From the NCBI RefSeq assembly GCF_000143415.4, contig NW_003314321.1, forward strand, positions 1,002,236 through 1,066,235: DNA of 64,000 nucleotides. The letters run 5' to 3'. Below the pieces are notes generated by a model. The model saw nothing but the letters and a program-made list of their open reading frames with translations, made no database searches and was not told the origin of the DNA. Below are positions 24,951 through 36,743 of the stretch, one piece after another. A program made the position numbers and the translations under genes. Numbering within the stretch: position 1 is the first letter of the stretch; each line of letters begins with the position of its first letter. This stretch comes from Selaginella moellendorffii. Taxonomy: Eukaryota > Plantae > Lycopodiophyta.

Positions 24951-25482
24951 CCCCAAATTTAAAACCAAAAAGGATATTTAGGAAAATCTAGCTAAACTTG
25001 TAATTTATAGGATAATATAGTGTTTCTCAGTTTTATATTGTTTTTCAAATTTTACTTGATACTCTTCCAGTTCTAGATATGAGGCAAAATAAAGAACTTC
25101 ATAGTTTTTTATATGAAAACTTTTAAGTTGCTAGATTAGAGAATATTCTAGAATATACTTAGATATTTAGGTATATTCTTTATACCTATAAAGCGAAATG
25201 TAAAGAAAATCCAAATTAAGAACACTAAAGTATTCACACACGATTTAAACATTGTACATTAAAACCGTTTTGATCAGCTAAAAACTAATCGCTCAAGTGA
25301 CCAGCTTCATTTCAATACCAGAATGTGGATATTCAGTACCGTGGTTCCTCTGCTGCAGACGAAAACACGTGAAAATACTTGTAGGGCAGGGACAATAACC
25401 CTTAAGCAAACCTAAAATCACCAACTTATTTAGTAGAATGATGTGTTTTACGTAAATCCGGGTTAGTAGCTAGATGGAAAAA

Positions 25483-25540
25483 GGCTAGCATGGTTAGGTG
25501 CGAATTTTGTAACCTACTGGTTGTCGGTTCGAATCTGGTG
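25483..25540 (+). pseudogene. Degenerate tRNA-like/SINE-head relic
   Basis: A-box-like TAGCATGGTTAGG, TTGTAA loop and B-box GGTTCGAATC at tRNA-like spacing, but anticodon and acceptor stems do not pair. Confidence 0.35.
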
Positions 25541-25600
25541 ATGATGAAATCGGGTGAGAAAAAAAGCATTTTGTTTTGAAATTCTTTCTAGGTCACAGCT

Positions 25601-27558
25601 ATGGCGGCATCGCTGCTCTCTCTCCTTTGCTCTTCTTTCTCCCTCGACACAGCAAGGAATGCGCGCGTTCTTACTGGAATTCCGCCATCGCCGAGCGGCT
25701 GCATTCCCTTTTCCAGCGGAAGGAGCACAAATCGTCCGAGCAGGATTTTGGCGACGAGCAGCTGGAATGGCGTGGCCGGAGGCATCGACAGGGAAGCAGC
25801 GGCCAGGGATTTGCTGGAATGGATGGCGAGCAAGGGCGTGGCAGAGCCTGGAGGTGTGGAGGTGAGGCGCGGGGAGCTGGGGCTGGGGCTGTTTGCCAAG
25901 CGCAGCGTGTCCAAGAACCAGGAGGTGGTGTCCATTCCCAAGACGCTGTGGATGGATGCGGACACTGTGAGAAGGTCTGAGATCGGTGAGTGCTGCGAGG
26001 GATTGAGGCCGTGGATCGCAGTGGCGTTGTATTTGCTACACGAGAAGGCCAAGCCTCACTCGGATTGGAGTGCTTACATTCGTGTTCTTCCACGCACGCT
26101 AGATTCTCCACTCTTCTGGTAAGCTCTTTTTTTCATTCGAAAGAAAAAATCGTGAAGATCAAACTTAGCAACCATTTCCAGGTCGGAAGAAGAACTTGCC
26201 GAGCTCAAAGGTGTGATGTGGTCGTCGCCAATGCCATCCTTATTGTGTTGGTACTAACGTTTTCTTCTCCCGTTCTTTTCCAGGTACTCAGCTCCTCAGT
26301 TCCATGAATGGTTTCAAGGAATTTCTCAAGCGTGAATATGACAAGGTGATGACGGAGGTGATTGAGCCAAGGCCAGATGTTTTCGATCGTAGCCTCTACA
26401 CTCTTGAGGCGTTTACCTGGGCTTTCGGGATACTGCGTTCTCGGACATTTCCACCACTTATCGGAGATAACCTCGCGTTGGTACCACTGGCGGACTTTGT
26501 AAGTTGCTGCATTGCTTTTTTTTTTCTTGCTCGAAACTGCTTAGTGTTTAATTGACCCCGATATATAGCCGCTTCGCACAGGTAAATCATGGCTTCGGGC
26601 TGACCAATGAAGATCCTGGCTGGAAAGTCAAGTCTGCCGGAGTATTCGCTCGCCAAGAAACTTTGACGTTGCAAGCTGCAGCGAATTGTGCTGAGAAGCA
26701 AGAGGTGAAATCTCGAGTCTGTTTTCCTGTTTGAAATCTCACCTTTTCCTTGTTTTCCTTCGTAGGTTCTCATACAATATGGGAAAAAGAAAGGGAATGC
26801 ACAGCTTGCCACGGACTACGGGTTTGTGGATAGCGATGAGAAAAACAACCGGGATAGTTTCACATTGACTTTGCAAGTATCTCTTTCTGAGCGTTTTGCC
26901 GATGACAAAGTGGACATCGCACAGATGGCAGGACTGGATAGCACTGCTTATTTCAACCTTTACAGAAATCAAGGCCCTCCGGAAGACATGATTGCGTACC
27001 TCAGGCTCATTGCATTGTTCGGATCCGATTCATTCTTGCTAGAGGTATGTTGCGAAACTCTCTAGTAGTCATTGTAAGTGAATTCCCTCCGCGTTTGCAG
27101 GCACTATTCCGAAACACTGTCTGGGATCACTTGAGACTTCCTATCAGCCGGGAGAATGAGGAGGCTATTTGTGAAGCTATGATCGAGGGCTGTCGAGCCA
27201 CGCTAAGAGAGTACAGCTCTACTATTGACGAGGTACATATTGTACTTAATTCATTGTCGGTTGATTGCTGTTTTTGCCAGGATACCATGCTTTTGAACTC
27301 TAGTGAACTTAGCACACGAAAGAAAATGGCTGTGGTTGTGAGACTTGGCGAGAAGAGAATCTTGCAAGAGCAGCTACAGTGGTTCGAGACGCATCTCGCA
27401 GATCTGGACAGGCTTGAGTTCTATGCGGAGAGAAGACTACGGGACTTGGGATTGCTGGATGACAAAGGCAACATGACGCCATGGGTGTGCTTCTGTCTTT
27501 TCCTTCGATTTCAGGGGCATCTCTAACATTCTCATCTCTACAGGTTTTCAAATCTTAG
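25601..27558 (+). CDS. LSMT-L: Rubisco large-subunit/aldolase lysine N-methyltransferase (SET domain), plastid-targeted
   Basis: Ser-rich transit peptide; GLGLFAKR, WAFGILRSR, LALVPLAD|VNH, QYGKK..LATDYGF, EFYAERRLRDLGL; multiple short introns; TAG 27558. Confidence 0.92.
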
Positions 27559-30523
27559 AAACTATCCCATCCAATTGTGGTTCGATCCAGCGTCGGTAAT
27601 CGGCTATCGGCTTGATGTATACTACAGTGATAGAGGTTAGACAAGACATTTGAGTGAAGGAGTGAAGGATATCATCTAGATATGAAAAAAGTTAATATAA
27701 TTCGTGTTCTCACTATATAATGAGGCACTTTGATAGCTAGATAATCTTTGTTTCTGCCTTGCTAATATGGTATTAGAGAATAAATCTGGTACGGCATTAA
27801 TAAATTGATTTATGCATTCTTATTTGATATTATAGTTTTTGAGGATTTTTATTCATAACTAATATGCATTTATGTAGAGACTATGATATGAATACAAGCA
27901 ATGAGATCACATTTTATTATAAATCATCACTTGGATAAGAGAAAGTGTTTAATCTTTTTATCCTTAATAACTTTCTTTTCAAACTCAAACTTTAAGCTTG
28001 TGTTTGCATTAATTTCAGTCCAATCTAAGAACAGCTTATGAAATAGTATGGCAATGACTACTTAATAGATTAATATTTATACTCTTAATTGATCCACTTG
28101 TAATTATGCCTAAGAAGTATCTGTTAGTGTCATGCTGGACCGACCTATTAACCACTAATTGCAAACTCAAAAAGGTTTACTTTTTACCTAGAGTAACATG
28201 CAATAACTTATGGTAACATAACCACCAATAAGCTAATAGTAATCCTACCCACTCAAAACATAACTTTAAATTGCTAATATGCCTCACTCATGAGCCTAAA
28301 CATAACTTGTACAAATAGTACATTTGAAATCCATCATATTGAGCCTAAATAAAAGCTCATATACAATATAGTATAAAATAGTAATAGAAATTGACACCTA
28401 AGGGATGTATGCAAAGCCATAGCAACTAAACATGAACCCACTCGAATCATTATTTTCATCTTTACATATGTAATGAGATTAATTGCCCAATTTTATTGGA
28501 TAATACCCATTGAGACTCAATTTTTAATACTAAATATAGCATATGTTGTTTTCACCCTTTACCTCATAATGAGTACTATAGAATGACCACAGGGTAAAAC
28601 CAAACTCTTAAACATATGTGCCAAAGGCAACAGAGTGGGATTTAAATATTAAGGCTTTGGGACACTGAATGAAGAAATTAGAGCATAAAATAACTTTTGA
28701 GTGTAGAGATAAAAAATAAAAAAGCAAGAGCATAAAACAATAAAGAAAGTTTTAGAGTATCCAACATCTAACACTAAGATTAACATGTAATATAGACTCA
28801 AATGAAATCTAGCATTATACCAATAGCTTAATGTAAGTCACCTATAAGCACATTCACAATAAGCACCCCCACACCAAAATTAATATATAAAACACCAAGA
28901 TTAACATATAAAATGAATTTAGTGCTATTAAAGTATACTTATAGCTTAACATGAGGTATTCCACCAACTATAGAGTTTAGTATAGAACCAAGATAATGTC
29001 TCAAGTTGGATCTACCCACTATCCCTATTATATATTTGGCTCATTCTAGGTTTTCACCCTATTCCCAAGAGTGAGATCTTAAGAATTCAAGAGGCTGACC
29101 AGAAAATTATTAACAATTAGGCTTGTAAGAGTATATTATTAGATTAATCAATTTCATATATTATTAACCAAATATAAGATTAGATAACAAAAGGATGATT
29201 TGCAACCTAAAAAGCCACAAAGATCACAACACCCCTCTACAAAATGGTTGGCGAGTATCTATCTAAATATTATGAAAAATAATTAAAATATTATATTATA
29301 TCAGAAGTTGAAATATCTCTCTTGACTGCTAGAAAAAAATCTCCTTAACTCATTAAATATCAGAATTCTAGAAATTTTTTCCATTGGTTTCTAAATAAAA
29401 GTAATTAATAATTAAATTCAAGAAGAAAACCAAACATTGCTACAAATAGATGTTTGGATATTGGCATATTACATCATCTTACAGTTAATATTTTATACTA
29501 GTAAGGAATCTAGGTTTAGATAAAAATCAGTCTTTGAAACTTTTTTAGTGTGATAGAAAAATTATTGATAAAGTAGTGGGAGAATTCAATATAAAGAAAC
29601 TATAATAACAAAAAAGTTACTAGGATTACAATTTTCAGATTTAGGTAAAAGAACTCTCCCTCCCTCCTCCCTCTCTCTCTCTCTCTCTAAAAATTTCATT
29701 TATACATCCATCTTATATAAATTTTGATCATATTATGTACATGTACACATGTAATATACATTAAAATATACTTAGATCATATTATACATGTCTAATACAC
29801 ACAAAACACACTCTTGTATAGATAAACTGTAATCATATCATATTGTATAACTTAGGTATATACAGGTATGCATATACTTAAATTATATAAAGTGAAAGTA
29901 ATAGATTTATTAGATAGGCTTTCAAAAACAATAATGAAATTAAAATTTATTCCTTATATTTTAAATATTGCACAACATCAACAAACCATACATTTTCTTC
30001 TATCATCATTTGCATATTTTTGTCAATTATCCCAACAAGACCTGTCATCTTTAACTTCTCATCCACACACTTTACTTTCTGGACTTTTGGAGCATTCCCA
30101 CACATAAAAGTATAAACACGATTCTTCCAAAAAGCACTAATATCTGTAATAAGGTAGATAATCCATTTTAAAAGCTCTCCTTTATGCAAAAGTTCTTTAA
30201 ACTTTATGACAGCTATTTCCTCAATTTCTGATTTTTCTTTATGACCTTTTTTGTGCAAGAATAGATCTTCAATGTCTAGCATATCCAAAGCACATATCCA
30301 AAGTCTGTGCTTGAGATAACTTTGTGTTAATAAAGTGAGAATACAGGAATTTGTTACTTTCTTACCTTACTAATATAAGTTACAATTATATCAGATCCAA
30401 ACCTAATGATATTTCCATTATGGAGAAAAGACCGAAAGGATTTTTGCAACAAAACAACAAATAAATTCATCATTATACAATAAAAAATGCAAAGAGGATA
30501 CCTATTGTTTTCCTTGTAAAACC

Positions 30524-33073
30524 TTAGGTCATCCCATTGTCCTCTTTAGGCATTTGCTGTACCATCTCACAGTCGTTTGGCCTTGGCATTTGTTGTACCA
30601 TCTCACAGTCGTTTGGCCTTGGCACTTGTAGAGGATGCTTGTAGACCACATCCACTTTTTCCTTGTAGACCTTTGGGATAAAATCCACTTGTGCTTTATT
30701 GTCCAAAAACTCCAAAAGCAAGGGAGCAGAATATGCTTCAAACTTCACCCCTAGGTCTGATTTGCTGCAAACACCCATATCCTTGATCAGCTTCTGTATG
30801 TCTCCACTGGCTGTGAGATAGTTCCACAAAGCCCTCACCACGAGTGGTTCTCCAATCTCAACAGTTTGAAGGGAAACCTGTGTTGCATCCTGAGGAGGAG
30901 CCGAGCAGAAATCTGCATCCGGTTTGAAATGCAAAGTCTTGTAGCTGCTCGCCACAGTCCCTCTCGGCCTGCCGATCCCTGCTTGTACAAATTTCAAATC
31001 ACTGTCCGTGACTGCCAGGTTTACAGGAACTCCCATGTACACCCGCAGCAGCAATAAAGTTATGACCACCTCCCAACACCCGGGATGGAATGATGGTAGT
31101 GCAAAGAACCTCACAACATCGTCCCACACAGATCTGTTGATGGAGAGGGCAGGGCCTGGTCGCCTACACAAATCATCTGCCTTCTTCAGGAAATAGTCTG
31201 TAGCGACCAATGGTTGCTCCTCTGAATCCCGTAAGAACATCTCTAACACTGTCACGTAAAACTTGTATCTGCCTCTGTAAACACCAAAGATCGTGCTGAA
31301 GTCGAAATCGTCCACGTCTGTCACAAACTTCATTGTGTACTCCTTGATAGATTCAGCGCTAGAAAAGCCCCCAAAGTCTGAGTACACATAATAGCTGAGT
31401 ATGTCTTTCACGGAGCCTGAATGGGAGTCTAGCATCCGTATCAAATGCCGGCCTGTCCCAGATATTATGGTCTTTTCGAACTTCATCTCACGCAGAGCTA
31501 AGACGAGCTTGTCTAGCATCGACCGGTTCACCTCATTTACAGTCTTGCTTGTAAACCTGTTCTCCAGTAAACGTGATAGTTCTTGGCATTCGTCTATTAT
31601 CACAACGCCGTCCCAGCCTACCTGTAGTTTCAGCTCATCGAGCATGTCAGAAAAGATGGTGCTTGCAGCTTCAATGTCGGATGAATTGCCGATCAGACCG
31701 AGAATCCTCTTCGTGAGCTCCCACCATGGATCATAATTCAAGTATGAAAAGTATATCTGCACAACACAAACATTTTAGCTCCCTCACAAACCAAACACGA
31801 ATCTTACTTGTTTAAAAAGCCAGACGAGCGGGGTAACTTTGACGCCTGCAGAGCGAGCTTCTCTCAAAATGTAAAACCTGGATATGAAAACTGCTGCCAG
31901 GCACACCATTAAGGCATCTACTGGAATGACTCCCTCGGGATACAAGCGTCCCAATTCTGTTGCAACGTGATTAAGATCTCGAGAACCTTCATCCCCTGCT
32001 CCACTACCCGTAACACCCGTCAAGTAAATGGAGTCCCTCTGACAAGATATTTCGTAGAGCGTCCTTGTTTTGCCACTGCCAGAAGCATCAACCAAGAAGC
32101 AGAGGTTTGTATCCCGCAGCTTCCGAAGCACCTCTGACGCAGACCCGATATAATCTCCATCCTTCAACCCCTCTAGTAACAGAACCGGCCTGCCTTCCAA
32201 CGTACATAACTCCTTGCTGCTACGAGAATAAGAGCGCTTAAAATATTGCTCTGGAGGCATGGAAGGAAGACATTCCTTCACCCGTTCCCAAATTTCAGCA
32301 CAGACGGCATCAACGTTCGTCCGGGTTAGCGCCCCTGGAACAGCGATGGCCACAGAATTAAACACAGCCAAAGGTCGAACAGGGAGTGAGAATGACACAC
32401 AGAGAGATTACCAGATATCCAACACAAAAAAGAGAGATGGCTCAGGAAGCAAAAATCCTTAACCATGACCAGACATGGAAACCAGAGCAGGATCCTGACA
32501 AGAAGTAAGAGGACAGTGGAGCAGGAAAACTTGAAACGCAAAACCCAGCTCTAAGCCGACGAAGACAGAGACAGCATTAATAAAACGCAAGGGAAGCAGA
32601 TGGCTGTGAATTCAATTACAACCACGAGCCAGACACAAGCACCCAAGAACAGCGAAGCAAGACTTTGAAACCCTATAGACATCCGCCGTTTTCATGGTGC
32701 ACTAGGAATACCAAGAACTGACAAAAAAAATGGGACTTCCGACATGGATGCATGTGCAAGGAAACAAAGGGCTTTCGCAATTGCTTACCAGATCCACGCA
32801 CTGCAACATTCAGAACAAAACAAAGTTGGTATTAGATCTGGAAGAAAAAACTATAACTAGAAAACACAAAGAATGCTTACCATTACGTTGGAGGAGGACG
32901 AGTTTTTCCTCCCGCAGCTGTTCTTCCTTCATCCGCAGCTGCTCTTTCTCATTCCGCCAATATTCCGCCAGAGATTGATTGCCACTCTGAAAGGCAGAGA
33001 GAAAAGATTCCCCAGCCGCTTGGATCTGCGGCTCAAGACGCGCGATTTGAGCCTGCACCTTGGCCAATTCCAT
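30524..33073 (-). CDS. Coiled-coil + P-loop NTPase protein, Crinkler/CR-NTPase-like (possibly 3'-truncated)
   Basis: Exon 33073-32881 coiled coil (EKEQLRMKEEQLREEK); exon 32334-31808 Walker A ASGSGKTR; 51-nt intron; exon 31756-30524 Walker B VVIIDECQ, ISGTG, YRGRYKF, GVKFEAY. Family assignment is inference. Confidence 0.7.
30549..30629. repeat. 36-bp in-frame tandem duplication (2+ copies)
   Basis: ggcatttgYtgtaccatctcacagtcgtttggcctt x2, giving PRPNDCEMVQQM x2 on the minus strand. Confidence 0.95.
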
Positions 33074-35464
33074 TTTGCTAGCTGTAACCCTATCTTGAAA
33101 CCTTTTGTATATAATCACTAGAAATACACAGAAGAAGAGCGAAGATGCTGAGATCACAAGGCAAACGACAGCAAAGGACGGATACCTCACCCCACATATG
33201 TGAAACAGGCTCTTCAAAGACATGCAAGGTTTCTCTCCCCAATAGTGAACGTGAAGTTGGCAGGGAAACGAGCAGGGCCAGAATACTGGGACTCCTCCCA
33301 CCTATTCCGGTGCCCCGGATTTTTCTTCAAGGAGTCCCTTGCACTGGCAATCTCCAACCGTGCTTGGTTCCCAGCCAGCCATGACTGGCAGAGGTGGCCA
33401 GTACCAGTCTCGAGGAAACGGTCCATGGTCCAAACGGACCATGGACCACCCCCATGGTCCCAACCGAGCCGGCCAAGCGGCCGAGGGCGACGACCCCCCC
33501 AGCACCGCCAGCCCCTGACAGCAACTCAGAATCAAAGACCACCTTCACCTCCCAGAGGACAAGAGATGCAGCCCTCACAGCACCGCAACAACACCCACTC
33601 CACCAAAGAACCCAACGCTACAGCTTGGGAAGAAAGTCGCCCCCAATGCCTGTGGACAGAAAAGTACCTTTGATTGCGGCTTCACTTCTTCATGAAGTAT
33701 AAATCTTGCTTGTGGCTCGACAAGAATATAACCAAGTACCTTGCCCTCACCTCCATGTAAGGTTCTAAAATAGATACACGGGAGACTAATTGCTAGCTAT
33801 GTTGGCTTCATTTCTTCATCAACAGCAGCTCCCAAAAGATTTAATCCTCTTCACTTTTGGTGGAGTCGCTCTACCCAAGCATTCCCACACGTTTGTCTCT
33901 ACAAGTTTGTATATAGGAATTTTGGAGATTCAATGCAAACATACTTTATCATGGTCAACACAATTATATTAAGTTCAATGGGAGTTGTTTTCTTCAAATC
34001 CAAGGCACTGCTATGGGGTCTAACTTTTCTGTGGTGTATGCTCGCCTTTTTTTATGTTCCCTCAAGGACAAGTTTAAAGCCACCTCTTCTAAATGGCTAA
34101 TATATCTTAACAGATATATTGACGATCGCATGGGAATTTAGGATGGATCAAAAGAGAGCTTGGAATGCTGGTTGGCTGGCTATAAAAGCCTCTACAACTC
34201 TGTAAAGAGACATTCTCCACCGCTGCTGTGGAGTAACCAATGGTAATTTTGTTACATTCGCATCCTTGCAAGCCAATGCTGCCATGCCACACAAACTCAC
34301 ATAAGTAAGAGAGCATATAAGTAGTCATCCCTCATTCATTTGTTTCCTCTACTTGCTCTCTATTACAACATGACAACAGCACATAAAGGATGTGGATTGC
34401 ATAGTGGTGTTTTGATCTTGCATGATCACAGCACCGTGTGAGCACTCGAGGATACAAGAGTCCGAGTGCAACTCAAACTTGTGATTCTGGCATTGCGCCT
34501 GTCTTTCAAAGATGGCACCATCTTCCATACAGCTAGCTCTGGATTTTTTGGTCTCTGAAACTTGAGAAATTTGAGTGGAGGAGAGCAAAAAAGAAATCCA
34601 TTTGCTCACCACAAAGATTGGAGTCTCTACAAGACAACGTTTGTGTGTGACAGGAGTGAATTTGATGAAATCACCTGTTTAGGGTTTAGGGTATCCCCCA
34701 CACCAAGTGCTGCGCGGGAGCACTATTGCTACTAGATTTGTGCGATGGAGCATAGAGCACACTATCTTGGTCCATATAATGGATTGTCTGGAAAGCTTCA
34801 GAAAGGAAGGCTCCTGGGTATCCATGTGCACAACGCTATGAGTTATTCTCTCATAGGGGAGGTAATGCCAAAGTTCAGCATGAACAAAAGTGTCGAGGAT
34901 GTGTGGAGCTCCATGGAAGATATTGGTTTGTGTTTAGTGGCTTTTGAAAGGTGGTGGAGTCTAGGCACCTGCATTTTTCAAAGCGTGGGCCTTTGAAAAA
35001 GTGGATGTCTCAAATATCTATAGATTCGAATGAGATCACTGAGGTCCAAGTGTTCTACCTTTGATACAAAATAACTTGTGGACTCAACATGACATCACAT
35101 ATGTATTACGAGGGGAACTTAACCTCAACCAAGAATGAAATGATGTTCAGACATGATCACTTAAGAGTGCGTCTGCATCCATCATCTATTTAGGGTTTAA
35201 GATGTGCACAGTTAAAGGCAAAAAGGGCCATTGATATGCTTTGTGTCACTGGTCAAGGAGAAGGAGTGTTAGAGGCCCGAGATCAAGTGTTGCCTTGGTA
35301 TTTTTGCTAAATCTATGGTAGTAGACACATCCCTTTTGGATCCTTGGTAGTCCTTTTATGGCTATGGCTGTTGAGAATTGTTAGTAGTTTTTTCCAAAAG
35401 CCCTTCAATGCCTACTAATACCTACCTTGGACGTCAGTTCACCCTCAACACCAGAAAGTGGCAT

Positions 35465-36645
35465 TCATTTGCAGTGAGCTCTGGAGATACCTCCTCCACA
35501 AGAGCACAACCAAGAAATGACATGCCAAGACTCAAACACTCTCAGCCGTTGCACACCACCACCTCCAAGTCCAAGAGTTGAGATTCTTCTACATGCAGTA
35601 CAAGCCCTAGAGCCAAGATGGTAGTCGTACGGAGTTTCTGCCGATAATGCCTTTGCGAAGCGAATCCTGGTGAGCAATGCAAACCGGAGCTCTCCAGGAA
35701 CCTTAAAGTCACAGACCAGCCTGTTGAAGACATCCGTAAGATATCTCTCACACGTAGCTCATCGTCTTGGAAGAATACCAATCCTCGGTTTTAGCCGCAG
35801 CAAGAACTTCCAAGGCTTACAACACGATCCCCGCGTCAGTGGAAACCAAAAAACTAGCCAGAGACTGGAAAAAAGGAGAAGATTTTCGTGCGGAGAAGAA
35901 AGGAAAACTCATCGTCGGAATCGAGTTTATAGCGTCACCAGCGTTGCCTTGGACTCTGTCGTAAAGTCCTCTATCATGGCGTCCTCCTCGATTTTCCGTA
36001 TTGCAGCGTTCCTCCTTCTGATCGTCCTCTCCAGTTCTTGTGCTCGAGCGCAAGATGGATCGAGCTCTCCATTGAGCTGGGCTTGACTGGACGCTCTCAG
36101 GGATCAACGCCACGAGAAGCTCTTCGAGCGCGGGTGGGTCTCATGCCTGGATTGAATGAGATATCTCGAATCAGTGCTGGAAATAGGGAAAACTCTATAG
36201 ATTGACTCACCTCCCTGATGCTGGAGCTCCACCTTGTCAAGAGATGGATCCATTTGCGCCTGCCCGCGAATGGGAATGTAAGTGATGACCTTGCTGTGAT
36301 AAGGGAAATTCTCGCCTTGCGAAAGAACGAAGAACAAGGTAATCTTTCGGTGGAACGTCCATCTCCCGGAAGAGAGCTCCACCGCCCTCACGCAATGCCC
36401 GTTCTGGGCAATTCCTGCGATCATGAGTGTCCACGAGAAAACGTTCTTGTTCTTGATTTGCCACGTAGCGGTTCCGCTCCTCGTGACTCTCGAGCAACAG
36501 TACCAGATTTTCTTCCCCGACCCCGATCGATCGATCGATAGATCTAGCGAGCTCATCGGAGGTACGCGTTGCGATCGCCGCGACTTGGCCCACGGGCGGC
36601 TTGCGTTGCAGCTAACGACCGATTGTTGGAACATCTTGGAAGATT
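35465..36645 (-). pseudogene. Inverted, internally deleted duplicate of the PPR-UPL junction (copy of ~12480-16200)
   Basis: Reverse-complement matches to 12733-12842 (IKNKNVFSWTLMIA), 15181-15270, 15431-15520 (IPESVQ; gaggactttacg) and 15900-16130 (LTRIRFAKA), with frameshifts. Confidence 0.92.
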
Positions 36646-36743
36646 AACTTCTTGTTCGGCCCTACCTAGCTATCGATCTTTTCTTCTGGGTCTTCTTTGC
36701 TTTCTTCTTGGAAGCTAAAGGATAGGAATGAAACAAACACTTG

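Noticed and set aside
25538-25600. TGATGA C-box after the tRNA-like relic (tRNA-snoRNA dicistron idea)
   Set aside because: No D-box CTGA or terminal stem before the LSMT start
27700-29900. AT-rich tract, probably ancient transposon debris
   Set aside because: No diagnostic motif or termini visible
33200-35460. Pro-rich ORFs, Cys-containing fragments and (TTTAGGG)2 at ~34678
   Set aside because: No family assignable; two telomere units are only a telo-box-like word
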